DNA of 39,400 nucleotides from Hyphomicrobiaceae bacterium (GTDB lineage Bacteria > Pseudomonadota > Alphaproteobacteria > Rhizobiales > Hyphomicrobiaceae): positions 1 to 39,400 of the forward strand of contig JANOVN010000493.1 in NCBI GenBank assembly GCA_031417455.1, given 5' to 3'. The stretch's first letter is position 1; the number at the start of each line of letters is the position of its first letter. Below the pieces are notes generated by a model. The model was not told the origin of the DNA. It saw only the letters and a list, made by a program, of their open reading frames with translations, and did not search any database. The position numbers were made by a program, and so were the translations under genes. Positions 19,126 to 25,717 of this stretch are shown here, one piece after another.

Positions 19126-19992
19126 TTAATGCGACAGCAACACCGGCGTTGTCATATGCCGCAGCACCGAGCGGGTAACGCCGCCAAAGATCCATTCACG
19201 CAGCCGCGAGTGACCGTATCCGCCCAGAACCAGCAGATCGGCATTGTGCGTGGCCGTCGCCGCCAGCAACGTCTTGGCGATATCGCCTTCCCACGGCATT
19301 TCGACGCCAATCGTCGCGTCGACGCCATGCCTTGATAGCGCATCGCAAATATCGACGCCCTGTTGATACCGCACCTCATCGTGCGGCACCTCTCCGCCGC
19401 CCACGAACTCGTCGGGCCATCGCACGGTGGTCAGCGTCACTTTCGCAGCGCCCTGCAATAGCGGCAGACTATCGAAAACCGCGCGGGCCGCTTGCTGACT
19501 GCCATCCCAAGACACGACAACGGTTTGCGGCGGCGAGGCGGGAACATTGTGATGCGGCAGCAAGAGCACGGGCCGTGCCGTCAAAACGGCCAATAACCCC
19601 AGGCCATCCCGGTATCCTTCATCGTGCTCGCCTAAAAGCTCCTGTCTCGCGACGATCAGATCGACCGCATTGCCGATCGCGGCAACCGTCTCGATCGCCT
19701 TGCCAAAGCCCGGATCAACGAGCCGCCATTCGCTCCCAAACGTCTCCAGCCGCAGCGCCGCTTCGAATGCCGTCTGCATCGGCGCGGCAACCGCCGTCGC
19801 AAACTGCTCGCGGATGTCCTCAATCAGCGCGGTTGTTCCAACCTCCGAGGCCGGAACATTGAAATACGACGGCAGCACGCAAACCCCGATCACATGCGAG
19901 CCATGCGCCCGCGCCAGCGGGGCGACATACTCAAGCAGGCTGTTAATCTGCTGTTCGCGCTCGAAATAGACCAGGATCGTTTTGTACTGCAT
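19126..19992 (-). CDS. Universal stress protein, tandem USP domains
   Basis: MQYKTILVY start preceded by GAGG. C-terminal ADLLVLGGYGHSRLREWIFGGVTRSVLRHMTTPVLLSH is the USP ATP-binding G-2x-G-9x-G(S/T) region. Paralogous to 24595-25455. Confidence 0.85.
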   Translation of the reverse strand: MQYKTILVYFEREQQINSLLEYVAPLARAHGSHVIGVCVLPSYFNVPASEVGTTALIEDIREQFATAVAAPMQTAFEAALRLETFGSEWRLVDPGFGKAIETVAAIGNAVDLIVARQELLGEHDEGYRDGLGLLAVLTARPVLLLPHHNVPASPPQTVVVSWDGSQQAARAVFDSLPLLQGAAKVTLTTVRWPDEFVGGGEVPHDEVRYQQGVDICDALSRHGVDATIGVEMPWEGDIAKTLLAATATHNADLLVLGGYGHSRLREWIFGGVTRSVLRHMTTPVLLSH

Positions 19993-20003
19993 GAGCGTAT
20001 ACC

Positions 20004-20435
20004 TCAATCGAGATCGACGACCGCCACCACGCGGAACGTCCGCATTTCGCCGTCCTGCTCCTTGATCGACACGTATTCGCCCGGCTTGAACACATGGGTC
20101 TCGAAGTGAAACCCGCTCTCGTCTCGGGCGTTCTTGTCACCGCCGCGAATGTCATAATGGAACGCCCAGATGCCGCCCGTACCGCCAGGTTTATGGAGAA
20201 TATGGCCGATCTGTTCGCCCTCATGCCCCCAGAACCGGCGCACGCGGCAATGGTCGCGGTCGGTTTTCCACCCCTCGGCCGAAATATGCCCCTTCGCATC
20301 AAGCGGCGCGATGAGATCGTAGCCATGCTCGCGGCTGCCCGCCGGAAAATCCGGGTCCCTCGCCAATTCGAGCCGTATCCGCTGCAATGGAACGGCCTTG
20401 CCTGGTTTGCCGTTAGGTTTCACACCGCCGCTCAT
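20004..20435 (-). CDS. Hypothetical protein, 143 aa, no family recognised
   Basis: ATG 20435 preceded by AAGGAG. Its stop, TGA at 20004-20006, overlaps the GAGG Shine-Dalgarno of the downstream USP gene. Cytoplasmic, His/Gly-rich (GHILHKPGGTGGIWAFHYDIRGGD). Confidence 0.6.
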   Translation of the reverse strand: MSGGVKPNGKPGKAVPLQRIRLELARDPDFPAGSREHGYDLIAPLDAKGHISAEGWKTDRDHCRVRRFWGHEGEQIGHILHKPGGTGGIWAFHYDIRGGDKNARDESGFHFETHVFKPGEYVSIKEQDGEMRTFRVVAVVDLD

Positions 20436-20504
20436 CACAGTCTCCTTCGTCACACTGATATTCCTATCGTTCGGTAAGCCTGACAGCATTGCCAGCAGGC
20501 AGCG

Positions 20505-20518
20505 TTGATTGGCGTCAA
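20505..20518. promoter_or_regulatory. FixK/FNR-type box TTGATtggcGTCAA in the divergent region between the 143-aa ORF/USP operon and pat
   Basis: Exact consensus match. Its centre is about 76 bp from ATG 20435 and about 69 bp from ATG 20581. Confidence 0.6.
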
Positions 20519-20580
20519 GGCTCTTGCGCCGTCAGCCCTGCAAGTGTGACCCTGCGCCAAACAGAAAAGCAAATCCTCCC

Positions 20581-23274
20581 ATGACGATACGCAACCTTGA
20601 AATGCTTCTCGCTCCCCGCTCGATCGCCATGATCGGCGCGAGCAGCCGTCCCAAAGCGGTAGGGTCCATCGTGACGCGCAACCTCCTTGCTGGCGGCTTC
20701 AAAGGCTACATCTGGCTGGTCAATCCCGGTCATTCCGAAGTTTCGGGCATCCGCAGTTATTCTAACGTCGCAGCCCTTCCCGGCGTTCCCGATCTCGCCG
20801 TTATCTCAACCCCGCCCGAGACCGTCCCCGGCATTATCGGTGAGCTTGGACGCAAGGGTTGCCGTGCCGCCGTCGTCATCACGGCTGGTCTGCGCGGCCC
20901 CCTCAAGCAGGCCATGCTTGACGCAGCCAAACCCTATCTCCTGCGCATCCAAGGCCCCAACTGCCTCGGCCTCATGCTGCCCCCGCTCGGCATCAACGCC
21001 TCGTTTTCCCACGCCGCGCCGATCCCCGGAAAACTCGCGTTCCTCTCCCAATCGGGCGCGCTCATCACCGGAATCGTCGACTGGGCCGTCAGCCGAAGCA
21101 TCGGCTTCTCCCATGTGATCTCGATGGGTGACATGGCCGACGTCGATGTCGGCGACCTGCTCGACTATTTGGCCGGCGACCGCCAAAGCCATGCGATTCT
21201 GATGTACCTGGAGTCCATCACTGCCGCCCCCAAGTTCATGTCGGCGGCCCGTCGCGCCGCCCGCTCCAAGCCCGTCGTTGTCATCAAGTCGGGACGCCAC
21301 GCGTCCGGCGCATCCGCAGCTCTCTCCCACACAGGAGCATTGGCTGGCGCCGACCAAGCTTATGAAGCGGCCTTCCGCCGCTCCGGTCTCCTGCGCGTGC
21401 AGGAAATGTCGGAGCTGTTCAGCGCCGTCGAAGTCCTTGCCAAAAACCCTCGCCTCTTGGGCGAACGTCTCGCCATCATCACCAATGGCGGCGGCGCCGG
21501 CGTGCTCGCCGCCGACCGCCTCGGCGACTTCGGCAACGACACCGCCGCCCTCTCAGCTGCAACGCTGGCCCGCCTCGACGCCGCCCTCCCCGCCACGTGG
21601 TCCCACGCCAACCCCGTCGACATCGTTGGCGATGCCGATGCCAAACGCTTTGAAACAGCCCTCGACGCCGTCCTGGATGATACAGCCATCGACGCCGCCC
21701 TCGTTATCAATTGCCCGACCGCCCTCAATCCGAGCCTTGATGCGGCCCAGGCCGTCACCCGCGCCATCGATGCGCGTCGCACAGCCGACAAGCTCGAAAA
21801 GCCCGTCCTCACCAACTGGCTCGGCGTCGCAGCAGCAGCCCCGTCACGCGACCATTTCGCAGCCCACGGCGTCCCGACCTTCGACACCCCCGCCGACGCC
21901 GTCGAAGCCTTCTGGTACCTCGTCCGCCACCGCCGCGCCCAGATCGAACTGATGGCCACGCCGCCGTCTCTGCCCGATGCAATCTTCAAGGATACCGGCC
22001 TTGCTGGTCCTATCCTTAGCGAGGCCCTCGCGAACGGCCGCACGATGCTGACCGAAGTCGAAGCCAAGTCCCTGTTGGGCGCCTACGACATTCCCATCAC
22101 GCCAACGCAAATTGCAACGTCGCCTGAGCAAGCTGGCCACTTGGCACAATCGATCATTGCTCAGCATGGCGCGTGCGTCCTCAAAATCCTGTCCGTCGAC
22201 ATCTCGCATAAGTCCGACATCGGCGGCGTCCGCATCAATCTGGAAACGCCAGCCCAGGTCCAGGAAGCCGCCGTCCAGATGCTCGCCCGCATCCACGAAC
22301 GCATGCCAGAGGCCCGCATCGGCGGCTTCACCATCCAACCCATGATCCGCCGCCCTGGCGCACATGAATTGCTGCTTGGCATCAGCGTCGACCCAACCTT
22401 CGGCCCGCTCGTCACCTTCGGCACCGGCGGCACCGGCGTCGAAGTCATCCGCGACACGGCCCAGGCACTCCCGCCGTTGGACCTCAACCTCGCCCGCGAT
22501 TTGATGGCGCAGACCCGCGTTTGGAAACTCCTCCAGGGCTACCGCAACCGCCCCCGCGCTGATATCGACGCCATCGCGCTGACGCTGGTCCGCCTTAGCT
22601 ACCTCGCCGCCCGCCATCCTGAAATCCGCGAGATCGACATCAACCCATTGCTCGCCGACGAAAACGGCGTCATCGCGCTCGATGCTCGGGTCCGTATATC
22701 CGATGAGACGAAATCGCCGCGCACGCCGCTGGCCATCCGCCCCTACCCCAGCGAGTGGGAACGCACGATTGCCCGCCCCGCTCTGGCGCCCGCCGGACTG
22801 GGCGAAATCCTCATCCGCCCGATCCGCCCGGAGGACGAAGCGCTCTACGCCGCCTTCTTCGAAAAGATCGACAGGGAAGATGTCCGCCTGCGCTTTTTCT
22901 CGCCCCACGTGGCATTGTCCCACGCCTTTCTCGCCCGCCTGACCCAGATCGACTACGCCCGCGAAATGGCCTTTGTCGCGCTTGCAAAGGAGTCCGGCAC
23001 CTTGCTCGGCGTCGCCCGCTTCATCGCCGATCCCGACTTTGTCAAAGGCGAGTATGGCATCCTCGTCCGCTCCGACCTCAAAGGCCAAGGCCTCGGCTGG
23101 GCGCTGATGACCCAGTTGATCGATTATGCCCGCGCCTCGCAGTTGCAGCAGATTTACGGCGAAGTCCTGGCCCACAACACCACCATGCTCGCCATGTGCC
23201 GCGAACTTGGCTTTGATATTTCAATCAGCGACGACGATCCCTCCATCGTCAGAGCGACACTTCGCATCACCTGA
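20581..23274 (+). CDS. pat: Pat-type protein lysine acetyltransferase: NDP-forming acyl-CoA synthetase-like domains fused to a C-terminal GNAT
   Basis: N-terminal CoA-binding fold (PRSIAMIGASSRPKAVG), ligase-CoA and ATP-grasp segments. C-terminal GNAT with the acetyl-CoA loop RSDLKGQGLGWALM. About 897 aa counted from ATG 20581. Confidence 0.9.
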   Translation: MTIRNLEMLLAPRSIAMIGASSRPKAVGSIVTRNLLAGGFKGYIWLVNPGHSEVSGIRSYSNVAALPGVPDLAVISTPPETVPGIIGELGRKGCRAAVVITAGLRGPLKQAMLDAAKPYLLRIQGPNCLGLMLPPLGINASFSHAAPIPGKLAFLSQSGALITGIVDWAVSRSIGFSHVISMGDMADVDVGDLLDYLAGDRQSHAILMYLESITAAPKFMSAARRAARSKPVVVIKSGRHASGASAALSHTGALAGADQAYEAAFRRSGLLRVQEMSELFSAVEVLAKNPRLLGERLAIITNGGGAGVLAADRLGDFGNDTAALSAATLARLDAALPATWSHANPVDIVGDADAKRFETALDAVLDDTAIDAALVINCPTALNPSLDAAQAVTRAIDARRTADKLEKPVLTNWLGVAAAAPSRDHFAAHGVPTFDTPADAVEAFWYLVRHRRAQIELMATPPSLPDAIFKDTGLAGPILSEALANGRTMLTEVEAKSLLGAYDIPITPTQIATSPEQAGHLAQSIIAQHGACVLKILSVDISHKSDIGGVRINLETPAQVQEAAVQMLARIHERMPEARIGGFTIQPMIRRPGAHELLLGISVDPTFGPLVTFGTGGTGVEVIRDTAQALPPLDLNLARDLMAQTRVWKLLQGYRNRPRADIDAIALTLVRLSYLAARHPEIREIDINPLLADENGVIALDARVRISDETKSPRTPLAIRPYPSEWERTIARPALAPAGLGEILIRPIRPEDEALYAAFFEKIDREDVRLRFFSPHVALSHAFLARLTQIDYAREMAFVALAKESGTLLGVARFIADPDFVKGEYGILVRSDLKGQGLGWALMTQLIDYARASQLQQIYGEVLAHNTTMLAMCRELGFDISISDDDPSIVRATLRIT

Positions 23275-23277
23275 TTG

Positions 23278-23291
23278 TTGACCCAGATCAA
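23278..23291. promoter_or_regulatory. FixK/FNR-type box TTGACccagATCAA, 4 nt after the pat stop and 62-75 bp upstream of the DUF6455-like ORF
   Basis: Exact consensus match read directly. Confidence 0.6.
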
Positions 23292-23352
23292 GCAAACGAC
23301 TGCGTAACGGCTTAGCTTCCATGCAGGGACGCAATAACGATTGGAGCTGCAC

Positions 23353-23610
23353 ATGGACTGGCCCATTTCACGGCATGTCGAGCGGCAAGCCCGCCGTCTG
23401 AATGATATGATCGAACGCACGGATGCCGATCCATCGCGATTGGTCCGCCTCCGACAGGGTGACGCCTATGTCGAGGCCCGCACCAAATGCATCGAGTGCC
23501 GTCACGTCAGCCGTTGCCTGAACTGGCTCGCCGCGCCAAAATGCGTCGGCGAACGCCCTGACTTCTGCCCCAACGCTACACTCCTTGAAAGCGTCAAGCG
23601 CGGGCTCTAA
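23353..23610 (+). CDS. DUF6455-like small Cys-rich protein (85 aa)
   Basis: ATG 23353 with GGAG 6 nt upstream. The pattern LNDMIERTDADP...ARTKCIECRHVSRCLNWL...FCPN matches my memory of the DUF6455 family. Contains five Cys. Confidence 0.6.
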   Translation: MDWPISRHVERQARRLNDMIERTDADPSRLVRLRQGDAYVEARTKCIECRHVSRCLNWLAAPKCVGERPDFCPNATLLESVKRGL

Positions 23611-23762
23611 AAGCGGAACGCGAGGCCGTTGGGCGCTATCGAGTATTTGACTGCGCGGCGTCTGCGCTTCACATTTTTGTGTATACAAGTGCACGTTTGC
23701 GCGGATGTATTCTGCGTCAATATCGCACCTCAATCGGCCATATTCGCAAATCATAAAACGGC

Positions 23763-23776
23763 TTGATTGCGGTCAA
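23763..23776. promoter_or_regulatory. FixK/FNR-type box TTGATtgcgGTCAA, about 110 bp upstream of the phasin ATG
   Basis: Exact consensus match in an AT-rich intergenic region. Confidence 0.6.
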
Positions 23777-23821
23777 TGCCGCGTCAGTTTTTCAGTCGTA
23801 ACCTTTCATTCAAAACAATCC

Positions 23822-23870
23822 TTTGCCCCCCCCAAATCCCTTGCCCCCCCAAGAACTTGCCCCCCCCAAG
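23822..23870 (+). repeat. Three direct repeats of TTGC(7-8)AA(A/G)A: tttgCCCCCCCCaaa, cttgCCCCCCCaagaa, cttgCCCCCCCCaagaaa, spaced 16-18 bp, immediately upstream of the phasin Shine-Dalgarno
   Basis: Read directly. The C-tracts are 8, 7 and 8 nt long (23826-33, 23844-50, 23860-67). Confidence 0.9.
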
Positions 23871-23885
23871 AAAGAGGTCCTCCCA

Positions 23886-24302
23886 ATGGAAACGCCGAAA
23901 ACGAACGAAAAGCCCCACATTCAGACCGCCCCGTTCGACGTCGAAACAATGCTTGAAATGTCCAACCCGGCGACGGAAGTGGTGAAGACCTTCAATTCAA
24001 AGCTCGTCGAAAACGTCGGCGTCTATCAGAAGGAATGGGTTGGTTTCTTCAGCCAGCGCTTGCAGGAAAACATGACCTTGCCGCTGCGCTTGGCCACCTG
24101 CAAGTCGATGCCTGAAGTCCAGGAGGTCTACGCCAGCTACTGGAAGCGCGCCGCCGTGCAATACGGCACCGAGTTTTCCCACGTGTTGGATGCAGCCCAG
24201 CACAAGCCCATCGCTGCCGAATCGACGGCCGAGAAAGCCAAGTCGCGCCCTGTGCCTGCTGGCGCCCTGCCGACCGTCGCGTCCAAGATTGCACATCACT
24301 GA
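23886..24302 (+). CDS. Phasin-family (Phasin_2-like) PHB granule-associated protein
   Basis: ATG 23886 preceded by AAGAGG. 138 aa, helical, no Cys-rich or TM features. The central block QKEWVGFFSQRLQENMTLPLRLATCKSMPEVQEVYASYWKRAAVQY resembles phasin family signatures. Confidence 0.7.
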   Translation: METPKTNEKPHIQTAPFDVETMLEMSNPATEVVKTFNSKLVENVGVYQKEWVGFFSQRLQENMTLPLRLATCKSMPEVQEVYASYWKRAAVQYGTEFSHVLDAAQHKPIAAESTAEKAKSRPVPAGALPTVASKIAHH

Positions 24303-24453
24303 TCCCCGGGCTCAACGTCCGGCTAGTTCAAGCGTCGCGTCTCATATCCGTCCCGGGTCAGTTCCCGCGTACCCAGGATGGGTGCTTGCGCGAGAGGTCG
24401 CCTTTCTGCGCGTGAAAATGGACCCCCAGCATGGGCCGGACCCGTTTGGTTCG

Positions 24454-24467
24454 ATGACATATATCAA
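24454..24467. promoter_or_regulatory. Near-consensus FixK/FNR-like box aTGACatatATCAA (one mismatch), about 128 bp upstream of the USP ATG 24595
   Basis: Read directly. Confidence 0.35.
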
Positions 24468-24594
24468 GGCTTGTTTGCGCCGGATTAGCCACCATGATTC
24501 CAGTTGGCATGACGTGGTCTTTTAGCCGCCAATAGACATTTGGCTTTTCCATCATGGCCGCCTTCGGCCATGGCTTATCGTGAGGTTCACAATC

Positions 24595-25455
24595 ATGACC
24601 TACAAAACCATCCTCGTTCACGCGAACCGCGAACGCCGTCTGCCTGGATTGATCGAGGCCGCGACCGCCATTGCCGCCGCCCACCGCGCCCATCTCATCG
24701 CGCTGTCGGTAACGCCACCCGTCATCATCCCCCAAACGAGCGACATTGCCATTGCCGTCCCCTCCATGATCGAGGCCCATCGCGACGCATACCGCGTCGA
24801 GGAAGCGCGCATGCGCACGGCCTTCGAAACAGCAACGCAACACACCAGTGCCCCTGGCCAGTTCACCGCCGAATGGCGCAGCGTTGACAGCTATCACTTG
24901 GCCTCCGCGATCCAGATGATTTTGCCTGTCGCCCGCGCCTCTGATCTCATTGTCGTCAGCCAGGCCGACAAGAACTGGGACGGCACCATGATGCTCGACT
25001 TCCCAGATACGCTCGCAACCGATAGCGGCCGCCCGGTCCTCATCGTTCCCAACAAGCCCCACAAGCCCTTTGCCGCCAAACGCATTCTGGTCGCCTGGAA
25101 TGGCCGCCGCGAAGCCACCCGCGCCGTCTTCGACGCGCTGCCGATTTTGCAGAAGGCCGACGAAGTGAAAGTCCTCTGGCTCGACCCGCGCGACGACAAC
25201 AAGACCGTCGGCGATCTGCCAGCCGCCGACCTGTGCGCCACGCTCGCCCGTCACGGCGTCAAGTGCGACGAAGCCTCAAGCCTATTGCCGAAAGCCTCGG
25301 TCGGCCAAACTCTGCTGACGGAAGCAACCAAGTTCGGTTGGGATATGCTGGTCATGGGCTGCTACGGCCACTCTCGCATCCGCGAGTTCATCTTAGGCGG
25401 CACCTCCCGCCACATCCTCACCCACATGACCGTGCCCGTGCTCATGTCGCACTGA
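24595..25455 (+). CDS. Universal stress protein, tandem USP domains (paralog of 19126-19992)
   Basis: MTYKTILVH start preceded by GAGG. C-terminal MLVMGCYGHSRIREFILGGTSRHILTHMTVPVLMSH. The long antisense ORF 24358-25254 is a shadow. Confidence 0.85.
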   Translation: MTYKTILVHANRERRLPGLIEAATAIAAAHRAHLIALSVTPPVIIPQTSDIAIAVPSMIEAHRDAYRVEEARMRTAFETATQHTSAPGQFTAEWRSVDSYHLASAIQMILPVARASDLIVVSQADKNWDGTMMLDFPDTLATDSGRPVLIVPNKPHKPFAAKRILVAWNGRREATRAVFDALPILQKADEVKVLWLDPRDDNKTVGDLPAADLCATLARHGVKCDEASSLLPKASVGQTLLTEATKFGWDMLVMGCYGHSRIREFILGGTSRHILTHMTVPVLMSH

Positions 25456-25500
25456 GGACGCCGTTCAAAGACTGTGCCCCCGGATCAGTGCCGCGCATGG

Positions 25501-25554
25501 TCTTGGACAACAAATGGGCCTTGGGCAACAAATGGGTCTTGGGCAACAAATGAG
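25501..25554. repeat. Three tandem 18-bp units: tcttggacaacaaatggg / ccttgggcaacaaatggg / tcttgggcaacaaatgag, between the convergent USP and ccoS genes
   Basis: Read directly. Non-coding position; 16-17 of 18 identities between units. Confidence 0.9.
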
Positions 25555-25560
25555 ACGCGC

Positions 25561-25707
25561 CTACTTCAACGGCTCGTCATCAAGCGCGCGCCACGATGCG
25601 CCTTCGAGATCCTCGAACTGCCCGCTGCGCAGCGACCAGAGAAAGCCCGCAAGGCCAACGGCACCAAGTCCGAGGGCTGCAGGTATGAGCCAAGCAAGCG
25701 CTGTCAT
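25561..25707 (-). CDS. ccoS: cbb3 oxidase maturation protein CcoS/FixS (48 aa; not in the supplied ORF track)
   Basis: Manual translation: MTALAWLIPAALGLGAVGLAGFLWSLRSGQFEDLEGASWRALDDEPLK. Single TM helix plus the WSLRSGQ(F/Y)EDLEG signature. Lies 10 nt downstream of the ccoI stop. Confidence 0.8.
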   Translation of the reverse strand: MTALAWLIPAALGLGAVGLAGFLWSLRSGQFEDLEGASWRALDDEPLK

Positions 25708-25717
25708 GCCATGTCCT

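Noticed and set aside
21844-23175. 443-aa minus-strand ORF (also 21360-22067 and 20806-21357)
   Set aside because: Antisense shadows of the pat gene. Gly/Asp/Ala-rich with no motifs.
24358-24555. C-terminal part of that ORF as a possible stand-alone 65-aa protein (MMEKPNVYWRLKDHVMPTGIM...) in the phasin-USP spacer
   Set aside because: It has low third-position GC for this genome and no SD. It also contains the FixK-like box (24454-24467) that more plausibly belongs to the USP promoter.
24358-25254. 298-aa minus-strand ORF
   Set aside because: Antisense shadow of the well-supported tandem-USP gene (24595-25455). Its Gly/Arg/Ala-rich composition is typical of high-GC antisense frames.
25501-25554. 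Considered whether this and the other tandem repeats could be a degenerate CRISPR array
   Set aside because: The units abut directly with no spacers, are only 17-18 bp long with at most 4 copies, and no cas genes are present.
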